From positions 196,818-260,817 of the forward strand of contig CAVYQZ010000006.1 in NCBI GenBank assembly GCA_963770755.1: 64,000 bases of DNA, given 5' to 3'. Position numbers and translations under genes: made by a program. The notes under the pieces are model-generated. The model had not been told where the DNA came from. It searched no databases and saw nothing but the letters and a program-made list of their open reading frames with translations. The DNA is from Candidatus Aminicenantes bacterium (GTDB taxonomy: Bacteria; Acidobacteriota; Aminicenantia; UBA2199). Positions 9,498 through 21,520 of this stretch are shown here, in pieces (position 1 is the stretch's first letter; the number at the start of each line of letters is the position of its first letter).

Positions 9498-11822
9498 ATG
9501 AAGCAATTTATTTTAAAACATTTGAAAGTAATTTTTGTTGTCGGCAGCATTCTGATAATCATACTGTTGGGGATTTTACTGGGATTGATTCTCGTCTATC
9601 AGAAGGGTTTTCCGCAAATAAGGAATCTGGAAGACATCAAGCCCGTGGTGATGACCACCGTCTTTGACGATCAAAATTCGGCAATCAAGGATTTTGCCAT
9701 TGAAAAACGGGTCATCGTCAAAAGCGCTGATATTCCTGAAATCCTCAAAAAAGCGCTCGTCTGCGCCGAAGACAACCAATTTTATGGTCATTGGGGAATT
9801 AATTTTCGCGGCTTCGTCCGCGCCGTCGGCGGCGTTTTGCTGCGAAAGAAATGGGGCGGAGGCAGTTCCATCACTCAGCAGCTGGCCCGAGGCCTTTTCC
9901 TGACTCCGGAATTCACCCTCAGCCGCAAACTGAAAGAAATGTTGCTGGCGATCCAGATTGAAAAAAAATATACCAAAGATCAGATATTGACCTTCTATTG
10001 CAACAAGATTTTTTTGGGTGGCAGCATCTATGGCGTCGAAGCCGCCGCCCATTATTATTTCGGTAAAGCTGTAAAGGATGTCAATCTGGCCGAAGCCGCA
10101 TTGATTGCCGGAATCATTCCCAATCCCAATGGATTATATGCGATTTTCAAACGGCCGGAAAACACGCTTAAACGTCGGAATTCCATATTGCTCAAAATGC
10201 TGCTGCTGAATGCCATCAACAAAAATGAATACCAGCAAGCCTTGGCCATCAAGCTGCCGGAAAAACCCTTTGATGCGGGTAGTGAATCTATAGCCGACTA
10301 CTTCACCGAGGATACGCGCAAATACCTGGAAAGCAAATACGGTGACAACCTTCTTTATAAAGGCGGCCTGAAGGTGTTTACCACCCTGAACGGTGAGATG
10401 CAGCGTTGGGCTGAAGATGCGCTCAAGGAAGGGCTGCGGGCTTTGGACAAGCGCCGCGGCTGGCGCAGTCGTGACAAATTGTTCAACCTGATTGAAAACA
10501 AACTGGATGTCTCGAAATTCCAGTTGTCGGCCTGGGAAAACATCAAAATCGAGCCTAACCACATTGTCGAAGGCGTGGTCATGGAGGTAGGCAGAACCAA
10601 AGTGATCGTGCGCATCGCCGCTTTCCGGGGAGAGATGAAGTCGGCGGCGGCCAGATGGACAAAAAGGGCTCTGACGCGACTCTTCAAAGTCGGCGATGTT
10701 GCCATGTTCAGGATATTGGCAGCCGACATGGCAAAAAAGAAACTGGAACTGAGCCTGGAACAGGAACCTGAAGTCGACGGAGCCATTTTGGTCGTGGATA
10801 ATAAAACCGGCGAAATCAAGGCCATGGTCGGCGGTTACGCTTTCCAAAAAAGCAAATTCAACCGCGCCATTCAGGCCATGCGCCAAACCGGCTCGACCTT
10901 CAAGCCGATCATCTATACGGCGGCACTGGAACACGGCTTCTCGGCGGCCACCATTATCCAGGATGAACCCTTTTCTTTCGTGGACGAATGGACGGGAGAA
11001 CTGTGGGAACCCCGGAATCATCTGGAGGATTTCAAAGGTCCGCTGACTTTGCGCCGTGGCTTGGAGCAATCCCGGAACGTGATTACGGCCCGAATTCTGG
11101 AGGCTATAACTCCGGCCGTAGGATTGCAATATGCCAAGAAATTCGGCATCACTTCCGATCTCAAACCTTACATGTCCATGGCACTTGGCGCCTTTGAAGT
11201 ATCGCTCAAGGAAATGGTCGAAGCGTTCACCGTTTTCCCCAATTACGGCATCAGGGTCAATTCCTATTTTATCCGCAGCATCAGCGATCTGAATAATAAC
11301 ATAGTCGAAGAAAACATTCCCGATCGCAAGCAGGTCATCGAAAAAGAAACCGCTTTCATCATGAATTACCTGCTGCAAGGAGTGGTGCAGTCGGGAACTG
11401 GTTGGAGGGCGCGGGCTCTACCGGCGCCCATCGGAGGAAAAACCGGCACGACCAATGATTTCTCCGACGCCTGGTTCATCGGTTTTTCGCCTACATTGAC
11501 CGTCGGTGTCTGGGTGGGATTTGATCAGAAAAAAAGTCTGGGCAACGAAGAAACCGGCTCGTATACGGCCGCGCCGATTTTTGTCGATTTCATGAAAAAT
11601 TATTTAAGCAAATATCCGGAAACCAATAAATTTCGCATTCCCTCCGGTGTCTACATGATCACAATTGACAAGTACACCGGAAAACTGGTGACTCCCGACT
11701 GCCTTTATCCATTCAGTGAAGCTTTTTTGCCGGGCACGGAACCTCTTGAATTCTGCAACGACGAGGAACACCAGAAAATTTACAATTATTTTAAAACCGA
11801 AGAAGCGAGCGATGAAGAATAA
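9498..11822 (+). CDS. Class A penicillin-binding protein (PBP1A, transglycosylase/transpeptidase)
   Basis: GT51 motif CAEDNQFYGHWGINFRGFVRA; transpeptidase STFKP, KTGT; ATG 9498 chosen (ORF track uses TTG 9492); TATAAT at 9487-9492 suggests leaderless. Confidence 0.9.
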   Translation: MKQFILKHLKVIFVVGSILIIILLGILLGLILVYQKGFPQIRNLEDIKPVVMTTVFDDQNSAIKDFAIEKRVIVKSADIPEILKKALVCAEDNQFYGHWGINFRGFVRAVGGVLLRKKWGGGSSITQQLARGLFLTPEFTLSRKLKEMLLAIQIEKKYTKDQILTFYCNKIFLGGSIYGVEAAAHYYFGKAVKDVNLAEAALIAGIIPNPNGLYAIFKRPENTLKRRNSILLKMLLLNAINKNEYQQALAIKLPEKPFDAGSESIADYFTEDTRKYLESKYGDNLLYKGGLKVFTTLNGEMQRWAEDALKEGLRALDKRRGWRSRDKLFNLIENKLDVSKFQLSAWENIKIEPNHIVEGVVMEVGRTKVIVRIAAFRGEMKSAAARWTKRALTRLFKVGDVAMFRILAADMAKKKLELSLEQEPEVDGAILVVDNKTGEIKAMVGGYAFQKSKFNRAIQAMRQTGSTFKPIIYTAALEHGFSAATIIQDEPFSFVDEWTGELWEPRNHLEDFKGPLTLRRGLEQSRNVITARILEAITPAVGLQYAKKFGITSDLKPYMSMALGAFEVSLKEMVEAFTVFPNYGIRVNSYFIRSISDLNNNIVEENIPDRKQVIEKETAFIMNYLLQGVVQSGTGWRARALPAPIGGKTGTTNDFSDAWFIGFSPTLTVGVWVGFDQKKSLGNEETGSYTAAPIFVDFMKNYLSKYPETNKFRIPSGVYMITIDKYTGKLVTPDCLYPFSEAFLPGTEPLEFCNDEEHQKIYNYFKTEEASDEE

Positions 11823-11849
11823 ACGCTGACGGTATCCCGTTGGCGCGGT

Positions 11850-12215
11850 CTACTTTTTAAGCAGGAAATAGCCCATCAACCGTTGATCGGGCTGGACAAC
11901 CATAATGCGAAAGTATTCGTCCCCCTTCAAAAATTCTTTTTTCAAACGATACGTGAATTTCCTTCCCCGGCGGGGATTCGTTTTAACTATGGCCAGTTCT
12001 TCAAACAGCAGCTCCTGTTTGGAATTATACACGTTAAAAAATGGGACTGCATCTTTGAAAGTCAAAACGACCTCATAAAATCCCTGGGGGTATTCCGTAC
12101 CGGCATGGATATAGGCCCGGGGAAAGTTCATTGCCCCAAGATGGATATCCTGGCTTTGCGCCGAAAGCAGAAAGGTAATCAGCAGCAAGCCCATCAGTAT
12201 CAATTTTTTGTTCAT
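11850..12215 (-). CDS. Hypothetical small secreted protein
   Basis: Signal peptide MNKKLILMGLLLITFLLSAQS. Confidence 0.5.
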   Translation of the reverse strand: MNKKLILMGLLLITFLLSAQSQDIHLGAMNFPRAYIHAGTEYPQGFYEVVLTFKDAVPFFNVYNSKQELLFEELAIVKTNPRRGRKFTYRLKKEFLKGDEYFRIMVVQPDQRLMGYFLLKK

Positions 12216-12310
12216 TCTGATCTCTCCTGCTTTGCATTATAAGGGGAAAAAAAACATTTTGTCAAATAAAGCTGAACCCGGCGGATAAATCAATTAATAA
12301 AAAAAAATGA

Positions 12311-12345
12311 AAAGGGCCAAGTTTTTAACCTTGGCCCTTTTTATT
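12311..12345. terminator. Bidirectional Rho-independent terminator hairpin (aaagggccaag / cttggcccttt) flanked by A/T runs
   Basis: Perfect 11-bp stem, 8-nt loop, T-run on both strands; downstream of minus-strand CDS 12376..13551. Confidence 0.55.
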
Positions 12346-12375
12346 GCCACTGTTGATCAGTGGAGAATTCGTGTA

Positions 12376-13551
12376 TTAAAAGATATAGCGGAATCCTAAC
12401 AGCAGCTTGTGATGATGTTCAAAATCACGATCCGCAGTGATTACCGGTGTGCGCAGTTCGCCGAAAATCGAAGCGGTTGAGGATTTAACCTCGAAAATAT
12501 TGATCCCGACTTCGCCGACCAGGTCGATGCCGCCCTTGCGCCCCACCCGTTCCTTGGTGCTGAAGCCCAACCCAGCGCCCAAATAAGCCGGACCGGCATG
12601 CAAGTTCAACAGGGCATTGCCCATGAAAAAAGATTTCCAGGGCTCGCCCTTGACCGGGACGCCGCCGCCCAATGTGAGGATGAAATCCAGCCTGTCAACC
12701 GCAATGTTGAATAAAACGCCGGCCCGGGCCCAGATCATGCCCGTATAGGTTCCCTTCAGGAAACCGGGGCCGCCCTCGATCAGGAAGTGTAGCGGATTTC
12801 TTTTTGCGACCGGAACGATGAGTGCAACCGCTGGTTCCAACACCTTGAGCATCATTTCACAGGGGGCGGATTTTATGGCGTATTGACCCTCGCCAATGCC
12901 TACCACCGAATACTCGCCGACTTGGTCTATGCTGATCTCGGTTGAGCAGTTTTCAGCAGTCAACTCGAAGGTGTTTACGACTGCGCCGGCAGCATCCTTG
13001 ATTTCCACAACGGATTTTATGACGTTCTGCGAAGCGCACATGTCAATGGTCACCGGTTTGCCCACTTCCACTTCGGCCGGCGTTACGGTCAGGGCGCAAA
13101 TCGGCGGCGGGATTTCCTGGGTATTTTTCAATGAAATATTTCCGCAGATCAGGGGTACGATGAATTCATACGCTTTACCGTCCCGGAAAATGGTAAACGT
13201 ATAGGCCGGAACCGGCTTTTTCCCCTCAAAAATAACGTCTTTCTTTACTTTGACTTTACGGCCTTCCTTAAAAAGCATCCACTCCAATGTGTCGCCCGGA
13301 TTCAATTCGGTCATCTGGATATCAGCTTGCTGGATTTGTTCCAGAAAAGCGAAAACCAATTCACCGTTTCCGGCTTCCTCAAACCCCATTTTGACGTCAC
13401 CCGCTTTTTCCACCGCGATGACCTTCAGGTCTTCGGGCTGGATATCCTTGTCTTTATAAAAAGGATGCTGCCCCAAGCGGGTTACCTTTTCAACAGCCGG
13501 GACGGAAAGCATAAAACAAAAAATCAGCCCGAACAGAAACAGTTTTTTCAT
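12376..13551 (-). CDS. Hypothetical secreted protein, probable outer-membrane beta-barrel with N-terminal soluble domain
   Basis: Signal peptide MKKLFLFGLIFCFMLSVPA; C-terminus ...LLLGFRYIF with terminal F typical of OMPs. Confidence 0.55.
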   Translation of the reverse strand: MKKLFLFGLIFCFMLSVPAVEKVTRLGQHPFYKDKDIQPEDLKVIAVEKAGDVKMGFEEAGNGELVFAFLEQIQQADIQMTELNPGDTLEWMLFKEGRKVKVKKDVIFEGKKPVPAYTFTIFRDGKAYEFIVPLICGNISLKNTQEIPPPICALTVTPAEVEVGKPVTIDMCASQNVIKSVVEIKDAAGAVVNTFELTAENCSTEISIDQVGEYSVVGIGEGQYAIKSAPCEMMLKVLEPAVALIVPVAKRNPLHFLIEGGPGFLKGTYTGMIWARAGVLFNIAVDRLDFILTLGGGVPVKGEPWKSFFMGNALLNLHAGPAYLGAGLGFSTKERVGRKGGIDLVGEVGINIFEVKSSTASIFGELRTPVITADRDFEHHHKLLLGFRYIF

Positions 13552-13632
13552 TGTAAATTCCTCCTCAATCTAAAGAATTCGCTAGTCTTATAAAATTTAT
13601 ATGCCTATTAAAATGAAAAGTCAAGTGAAAAA

Positions 13633-14163
13633 TTACTTTTCGATCCCGGTTCGGGCCGGGACTTTTTTCTGGTAATAGTGGCGTATTTCCTGCATGTCGG
13701 TGATCAAGTCCGCTTGCGCCAAGACTTCTGTTGGAGCGTAGCGTCCGGTCAGGATCATTTCCAGCGCCCGGGGCTTTTCAGCCAAAAGCTGCAGCACCGG
13801 TTTCACGGCAATGATTTTGAAATGGAGCAGTGTATTGATCTCATCAAGAACCAGTATCCGGTATGCGCCGCCGGTCATGGCTTTCCTGGCCGCGTCCAGG
13901 CCGGCTTCGGCCGCTTCCCTTTCAATACTGCGGACTCCGTTTTCCTGATGATGAAATTCGGGCAACCCGAACTGCTCGATGGTAATCAATTCCGGCATAA
14001 AACGCTTGACCGCCAGCAACTCGCCATATTCCCCTTTTTTTAAAAACTGTGCGATGTATGTTCTCATGCCCCGGCCGGCCGCCCGCAGGGCCAAACCCAG
14101 CGCGGCGGTTGTTTTGCCCTTGCCGTTGCCGGTATAGACCTGGATGTAGCCATGTTCGATCAT
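13633..14163 (-). CDS. Cob(I)yrinic acid a,c-diamide adenosyltransferase (CobO/BtuR type)
   Basis: YTGNGKGKTTAALGLALRAAGRGMRTYIAQFLK P-loop characteristic of the family. Confidence 0.85.
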   Translation of the reverse strand: MIEHGYIQVYTGNGKGKTTAALGLALRAAGRGMRTYIAQFLKKGEYGELLAVKRFMPELITIEQFGLPEFHHQENGVRSIEREAAEAGLDAARKAMTGGAYRILVLDEINTLLHFKIIAVKPVLQLLAEKPRALEMILTGRYAPTEVLAQADLITDMQEIRHYYQKKVPARTGIEK

Positions 14164-14170
14164 GACGGCC

Positions 14171-17100
14171 TCAATTCATCTTCATGGAATACAATTTCGA
14201 AATGCCTGGTTCATCCATGCTGATGCCGTAAATATAATCGGCTTCCTCCATGGTCTTGAAGTTATGGGTGATAATGACGAATTGGGTTTTTTTCTTCAGT
14301 TGGTGCAGGAATTTTAAAAACCTTTGAATATTGGCTTCATCAAGCGAAGCGTCCACTTCGTCAAAAACGCAAAAAGGCGACGGTTTATATTCAAAAAGGG
14401 CAAAAAGGAAGGCCAGTGAAGTCAGTGTTTTTTCTCCCCCGGAAAGCAAGCGCATGCTTTGCAGCCTTTTGCCCGGAGGTTGGACCTGGATTTCAAGGCC
14501 GGTTTCCAGCACATTGTTGTTGTCGGTCAGCAGCAGCTCCCCCTCGCCGCCTTCGAAAAGGATCTTGAAATTCCTGACGAAATTATCCTTGATGGCTTCA
14601 AAAGCCTTGAGAAAACTGGAGCGCGACTCATCGTCGATGCGGGCTATGGCTGCATTCATATCGAGAATGGATTTGACAATATCATCTTTTTGCGTCTGCA
14701 GGAAATTGAAATCCTTTTCCAATATATCATATTCCGCTTCGGCTGAAAAATTCAGACGGTCGCTTTCGCGCATACGGTTCAGTTTGTTGACCATGTCGTT
14801 CAATTGGGTGTCGAGTTCGGCGATTTCCCCCTGCAATAGGGTGGCATCGGCCTCGATGTCCTTCAGTTCCATGCCCAATTCCTGGTTGGCGATTTCTTCC
14901 AGCTGGAAGAGGTCCTTTTTTATTGCCGCCAAACTGATCTCACTTTCTTTTTTATTTTCACGCCAGGCTTCCAGGGCATCTCTTCTCGCCGTCAGGTCGG
15001 TGGAAATTTTCTTGGCTTGTCCGTTTACCTTGTCCAGAGTCAATTCTTCATTTTTCAGTGATTTTTCCAGATCGCTTTTTTCCTTTTCCAAGCCCTTGCC
15101 GCCGGCTTTGGTCTCCTTGATCTTGGTCACGCATTGGGCTATTTCTTTTTCCAGGCGTTTGGTTTCTCCCTCGGCGCCGTGAATTTGCTGCCGCCGTTTT
15201 TCCAGCCGGACCTGTATTTCCTGCAGCGAATTTTTTCGTGAATTCATTTTTTCACGGATCAGGTTCAAGGTATTGTCGTGATGGATTTTTTCCTTTTCCT
15301 TTTCATTGATCTGCTGGAGCAGCTTCCCGCTTTCCCGGCCGAATTCTTCTTTTTCCCTTTCCAGCTTTTCATTCTGTTTGTCCAGGGCGGCCTTGTTTTG
15401 CTCAAGTCCGTTGAGGCGCTCCCTGAGTTTTTCCATCTCGGCACGCAGCCCCTCGATTTCGCTGCCGGTGCTCTTGATGCGGTTCAGGCCCAGGTCACGA
15501 TTTTTTTTCAACGCTTCCAGACGTGAGTGCAGTGAAATGCTTTGCTCTTTATGTTCGTGCCATGCGGCTTCAGCCTTTTCCAGCCGCCCGGCTTTTTCTC
15601 TTTTCTCTCTGGAAATCTGTTCAAGGTTCGCTCTCATTCCCGCCAGCTCTCCGTTGAGCGCGATGATTTTTTTATCGATTGCCTTGATCTCATCCAGCAC
15701 TTCCAGTATTCCCCGCTCACGGTTTTTGATCAGCACCCCGTTGGCTCCGATGACTTCACCCTGTTCGGTAACAATGTCCACTCCGTATTTAGAGAAAATA
15801 GCCAAACCGTTCTTCAGGGTGTCCACCAGAACGCCATCCCGGAAAAATGTTTTTATCTTCTTATCTTCCAACTCGAAAAGGTTTTTTACATAATCCCTGA
15901 ACCCGGCTTCCTGGCGAATGGCTTCGGGCAATTTTGCGGCGGCGGAACGCTTTAGAAAGGCCTTGCGTAGGTCCGGCTGCAAGGCTGCTTGGCTGTCCGC
16001 GATAATCGGTGCGTCCAGCTCATCAAAATAAAAACTTTCCAAGACAGCGTGCAAATTTTTTGGGGCCACCAGGAGTTCCTGCAGAAAATCGCTGTTTTTG
16101 TCCGCCAACGGTTTGCCTTGCTTCCCGGTGATTTTTTGTTTGATTTCCAGGTATTTTTCTTTCTGGCGACCGAGATTGCTGATCTCATTCATGGCATCGC
16201 GCAGTTGCTTTTCCGCTGTTTCGTTGGCAGCCTGCGTATTTTTAAATTCCGCGGCGGCGACGTCAGCTTCCTGCTCCCGTAAACGCAGGTCTTCGGCCAG
16301 TGCCGCGACCATTTTTTCGATCTGGGTGATCTCCGGATTCTGGCTCTGGGTCTCAAGTTCCCGGATGATATGCTCGCGGTTGCCGATATCCGCTTCAAGG
16401 CGCATCAGGTTTTTTTCCAGTTGGGCGGATTCGTTGCGGTTGCGGGAGATCTCCACCTGCAGATTGAACATCGATTTTTTAAGATGCCCATCCTGAACAT
16501 TTCGATCGGCGACGTTTTTATTGAGATCGGCGATTGCCAGTTCCAATCCATGGTTGCAGCCATCCTGCTCGGATAATTGCCTGTCATAGCCGGCCATTTC
16601 CGCAGCCAGGGTTTTGTCCTGGCTGCCGATCTCCATTATCTCGGTTTGGCTTTCCGCCATCAATTTCTGCAACTCCACGATTCTCTGCTTCAGGAACTCC
16701 TGGCGCTGCTGGGATTTTTCGATTTCCTTGTTGCCGTTTAAAATGGCATTGTTGTGATCGAAAATCAGCTGTTGATTTTTTTTAAGGTTTTGATCCAGAT
16801 TCCAGCGTTTCGTTTCCAGATCGAGCAGGTTCTTGTCGAAAGCGGCGATTTCCTTGACCAACGCCGCTTCACCGTTCAAAAATTCAACGATTTTTCCGCC
16901 TTGGCGGTCAAAGTCTTCCTTGAAGGACAGGTACTTTTTTTTCAACAGGGCTTTCAGGTAATCGTTTTTGGAATTCTTGATTTCACGATAACGGCGGGCG
17001 AAATGGACCTGGTTTTTCAACTCCCGCAGCCGGTTGTTCTTTTCCTGCAAGACCAACTCCAAACTATCCAGATTTTGCTGGGCGATGATCAATTTGCCGG

Positions 17101-17620
17101 TTGTTTCCTTTTTTCTTTCCAGGTACTGGGCAATGCCCGCTGCTTCTTCTATCAGGATGCGCCTCTCGCTGGGTTTGAGATTAATCATTTTCTCGACGCT
17201 GCCCTGTTCGAAGATGAAATAGTTGCGTTCACCGATGCCCAGATCGAACAGAGTGTCCTGGATATCCTTGTTGCGGCAGAATTTTTCATTCAGGATGTAT
17301 TTGCCTTCACCGGAACGGAAAAACCGCCGGGCAATATAAGTTTCCGAATCCTGATTGACGAAATAGGCTCCGACCTCGGTCATGCCCAGCGGTTTTTTTG
17401 AGGAGCTGCCGGTAAAGATCAGGTCTTCATTGTTTTCGCCGCGCAGGTTCTTGATGCGCTGTTCTCCCAGTACCCATAAAATGGCGTCGACCAGGTTGCT
17501 TTTGCCGCAGCCGTTGGGGCCGATCAAGGCCGTAATGCCCTGGTGAAACTTGATGACGGTTTTCTCCGGAAACGATTTAAAGCCGTGCAATTCGATTTTA
17601 TTCAGATAGACAATACTCAT
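14171..17620 (-). CDS. smc: Chromosome segregation protein SMC
   Basis: N-terminal Walker A IELHGFKSFPEKTVIKFHQGITALIGPNGCGKSN, long coiled coils, C-terminal LSGGEKTLTSLAFLFALF signature; start at MSIVYLNKIEL (17620), ORF track to 17656. Confidence 0.9.
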   Translation of the reverse strand: MSIVYLNKIELHGFKSFPEKTVIKFHQGITALIGPNGCGKSNLVDAILWVLGEQRIKNLRGENNEDLIFTGSSSKKPLGMTEVGAYFVNQDSETYIARRFFRSGEGKYILNEKFCRNKDIQDTLFDLGIGERNYFIFEQGSVEKMINLKPSERRILIEEAAGIAQYLERKKETTGKLIIAQQNLDSLELVLQEKNNRLRELKNQVHFARRYREIKNSKNDYLKALLKKKYLSFKEDFDRQGGKIVEFLNGEAALVKEIAAFDKNLLDLETKRWNLDQNLKKNQQLIFDHNNAILNGNKEIEKSQQRQEFLKQRIVELQKLMAESQTEIMEIGSQDKTLAAEMAGYDRQLSEQDGCNHGLELAIADLNKNVADRNVQDGHLKKSMFNLQVEISRNRNESAQLEKNLMRLEADIGNREHIIRELETQSQNPEITQIEKMVAALAEDLRLREQEADVAAAEFKNTQAANETAEKQLRDAMNEISNLGRQKEKYLEIKQKITGKQGKPLADKNSDFLQELLVAPKNLHAVLESFYFDELDAPIIADSQAALQPDLRKAFLKRSAAAKLPEAIRQEAGFRDYVKNLFELEDKKIKTFFRDGVLVDTLKNGLAIFSKYGVDIVTEQGEVIGANGVLIKNRERGILEVLDEIKAIDKKIIALNGELAGMRANLEQISREKREKAGRLEKAEAAWHEHKEQSISLHSRLEALKKNRDLGLNRIKSTGSEIEGLRAEMEKLRERLNGLEQNKAALDKQNEKLEREKEEFGRESGKLLQQINEKEKEKIHHDNTLNLIREKMNSRKNSLQEIQVRLEKRRQQIHGAEGETKRLEKEIAQCVTKIKETKAGGKGLEKEKSDLEKSLKNEELTLDKVNGQAKKISTDLTARRDALEAWRENKKESEISLAAIKKDLFQLEEIANQELGMELKDIEADATLLQGEIAELDTQLNDMVNKLNRMRESDRLNFSAEAEYDILEKDFNFLQTQKDDIVKSILDMNAAIARIDDESRSSFLKAFEAIKDNFVRNFKILFEGGEGELLLTDNNNVLETGLEIQVQPPGKRLQSMRLLSGGEKTLTSLAFLFALFEYKPSPFCVFDEVDASLDEANIQRFLKFLHQLKKKTQFVIITHNFKTMEEADYIYGISMDEPGISKLYSMKMN

Positions 17621-17778
17621 GATTTCGTCCAAGCCGGGCCTGCCGGCCGCTACCAAGATAGCACAACTCCGCCTGTTTGTAAATTTCCTTTATTGAGAAG
17701 CCACAGCGCCTTTTTATGTTGAGTCAAACGCTGTGAGCGGTCGCAGTCTTCTCCTTTGCCCGATTTGGGCCGCCATGA

Positions 17779-18759
17779 TCAGCGGGGTTCCATTTCCACT
17801 GTCAACGTTTTCCATTCATTTTGATCCGGATAGCGGTTCGGGTCCTTCAGGCGCCGTAGCAGGAGCAACGATGCATGGGAACCGGGAGACAGGCCGTCCA
17901 GCAGCAGGGAAAAATGGGAAAAGTTTTTAACCTTGTTGCCGTTGCATTCAAGAACGATGTCCAAAGGACTGATGCCGGCGCGGTCGGCGGGTCCGGCGAT
18001 GGCTACCATGGTGATCAAGACGCTTTCAGCGCGAGCTATTCCCGAATCCGCGGCCTGGGCCGGTGTCACGTTGTCCCACATCAGCCCGAACCTGGAAAAT
18101 GTGATGTGAATACCCCTCTGCCGGAGGGCGGATGCCAAGGCATTGATGAAATTACGGGCCGAATCTTCGGTTCTGAAAAAAAAGTCGTACCGCGATCCGG
18201 CATGCATGTTCACGTTCCAATTCAGGCCTTCGGGCGCCTTGGGAAAATGTGTCCGCAAATCGGGCCAAAAACGCAGGTCCACGCTGCGTACGGAATTCAA
18301 CGGTATAAAACAGAATGACGAGCCCCGGTATTGATTCAGGTATCCTGTACGCCATTCCGTTTCGATCCGGATGTCGTCAGCTTTTGCGGGCTGGTCTTTA
18401 TACTTTTTTCTTTCGCTGGTTTTGCCCTTCGTGATGCGGATGTCCTTGGCAAAAAAAACGGTACGGCTGAATCCGGGATCCAGAAAAGCCATCTCTTCAT
18501 GAATGGCATTTTTGAAGGCGGCGTTGATCTGTTCGGGGATGAAGCCGGTTTGTGGATTGATCCAGTACCAAAGTCCCCGGCCTGGTTGCGGCCAGATTTT
18601 TTGCTCCAAGACCTGGGCCCAGGAAAAATCCACCGTCATCCAGGCGCATAATATGCCGGCAATCACCATGAACGCCCATGTCGGCTTGGTGATTTTTTCG
18701 CCCCGTCCGGCATGGATAACTGGAAACTGTTTATGTTGTCCTGTCACTTTTTTCTCCAC
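17779..18759 (-). CDS. Membrane-anchored protein with C-terminal PDZ-like domain
   Basis: N-terminal TM helix WAFMVIAGILCAWMTV; C-terminal AESVLITMVAIAGPADRAGISPLDIVLECNGNKV resembles PDZ. Confidence 0.5.
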   Translation of the reverse strand: MEKKVTGQHKQFPVIHAGRGEKITKPTWAFMVIAGILCAWMTVDFSWAQVLEQKIWPQPGRGLWYWINPQTGFIPEQINAAFKNAIHEEMAFLDPGFSRTVFFAKDIRITKGKTSERKKYKDQPAKADDIRIETEWRTGYLNQYRGSSFCFIPLNSVRSVDLRFWPDLRTHFPKAPEGLNWNVNMHAGSRYDFFFRTEDSARNFINALASALRQRGIHITFSRFGLMWDNVTPAQAADSGIARAESVLITMVAIAGPADRAGISPLDIVLECNGNKVKNFSHFSLLLDGLSPGSHASLLLLRRLKDPNRYPDQNEWKTLTVEMEPR

Positions 18760-18792
18760 TAACTCATGTGTTCAATACTTTTTTGATAAATT

Positions 18793-19089
18793 TTACCGAT
18801 GTCCATTATGGTTACGATCACGCGGCGCAAAGGTTTTTTCGCTTTTGCCGCCGCTTCGCGATTTGACAATGATATCGCTGACTGCCAGGATGATCCCGAC
18901 ACCCAGCAAACTGAAGCCAAGTATCCTGCTGTTGCCGAAAAAGATTCCCGCCACAATGAATGCCGATGCGAGCCCGGCCAATGGCGAGAGCGTTTTGACC
19001 CTTTTATAGCGGCTGCCCAGCAGGAACATCCCGGTGATGAGCAAAAGAACCAACAGGGAGAATACGATGTATATATTCGCTACTGTCAT
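18793..19089 (-). CDS. Small polytopic membrane protein (about 98 aa, 3 TM)
   Basis: MTVANIYIVFSLLVLLLITGMFLLG...; start at ATG 19089, ORF track to 19149. Confidence 0.4.
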   Translation of the reverse strand: MTVANIYIVFSLLVLLLITGMFLLGSRYKRVKTLSPLAGLASAFIVAGIFFGNSRILGFSLLGVGIILAVSDIIVKSRSGGKSEKTFAPRDRNHNGHR

Positions 19090-19267
19090 GATGTTTCCAT
19101 AATTTGCATTATACAAAACAAGGCAATTTTTTAATAGTCCTCGGGGCAAGACGGATCAAGTAAATCAGTGAGCTACCGGCCAGTATGTTTTTAACAATCC
19201 CATGGCAATTAAACTCCCCCCTGGATCTTGTCGGGTCCATATCCCGGTCTCCCGACGGCTGCCCGAG

Positions 19268-19296
19268 GTGACAACATTTCGAAATTGTCGTAGAAT
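19268..19296 (+). promoter_or_regulatory. Sigma-70-like promoter GTGACA-N17-TAGAAT upstream of GNAT-HDAC gene
   Basis: Hexamers and 17-nt spacer read directly; GGGAGA RBS follows. Confidence 0.4.
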
Positions 19297-19313
19297 GGTT
19301 CGGGAGAATTACC

Positions 19314-21056
<1,743 letters not shown>

Positions 21057-21140
21057 AATCGGCCGGAGCCGGTCATGTTCCAACCTATTTTCCTTGTTCC
21101 GTAAATGCGTAGGGCAATGATTTTGCATATTTAAGTTTAA

Positions 21141-21176
21141 CGAGGTGGTCGCATTTTGCGACCACCTCGGATTTTT
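21141..21176 (+). terminator. Rho-independent terminator after the GNAT-HDAC gene
   Basis: 12-bp perfect stem cgaggtggtcgc/gcgaccacctcg, 5-nt loop, followed by TTTTT. Confidence 0.6.
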
Positions 21177-21207
21177 CCTGTGCGCTCAATTGAAAAACAA
21201 AATCTAT

Positions 21208-21248
21208 TTAAAAAAAAGGCGCGGTCCGGATACAGAATCCGCCGCGCC
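21208..21248 (-). terminator. Rho-independent terminator (minus strand) after the DUF6429-like gene
   Basis: Stem ggcgcgg...ccgcgcc with A8 run on plus strand (T8 on minus). Confidence 0.55.
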
Positions 21249-21275
21249 TCCGGAGAGAAGGGAACAAAAAGGGGC

Positions 21276-21515
21276 TTAGGGGAGATATTGGGCTTTGAGT
21301 TTCTCGGCCAGTTGTTTGCCCGATTCGGTTATAAGGACCAGTTTTTTGTCCTTAATTTGGACGATCATTTTTTCATCGTGAAGTTGATTCAGTATTTTGA
21401 AACTATAGCCGTTCCAGGTGCAGAAGACCTTTTCGCCGGGATTATTGCGCGAGTCCTCTTCCCAGCCGGTCAGGTAGAGCAGAAGCATATTGAGTTCCTT
21501 GAGTTTTTCTTCCAT
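21276..21515 (-). CDS. Small DUF6429-like protein (79 aa), function unknown
   Basis: MEEKLKELNMLLLYLTGWEE...WNGYSFKILNQLHDEKMI...ITESGKQLAEKL resembles the LLYLTSW...W.G...L.EKGLI small-protein family (from memory). Confidence 0.5.
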   Translation of the reverse strand: MEEKLKELNMLLLYLTGWEEDSRNNPGEKVFCTWNGYSFKILNQLHDEKMIVQIKDKKLVLITESGKQLAEKLKAQYLP

Positions 21516-21520
21516 GATTT

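Noticed and set aside
10134-11378. 414-aa minus-strand ORF antisense to the PBP1A gene
   Set aside because: Shadow ORF in a moderately GC-rich gene; no recognisable domains.
14331-15182. Serine-rich 283-aa plus-strand ORF (and several others at 15278-17401) inside smc
   Set aside because: Low-complexity antisense frames of the SMC coiled-coil region; the SMC gene has diagnostic Walker A and signature motifs.
14171-17620. SMC considered as a possible Wadjet (JetC) or Lamassu SMC-like defence ATPase
   Set aside because: Canonical about 1150-aa chromosomal SMC with hinge; no JetA/B/D-like or nuclease partners adjacent; recN nearby is likewise the standard housekeeping copy.
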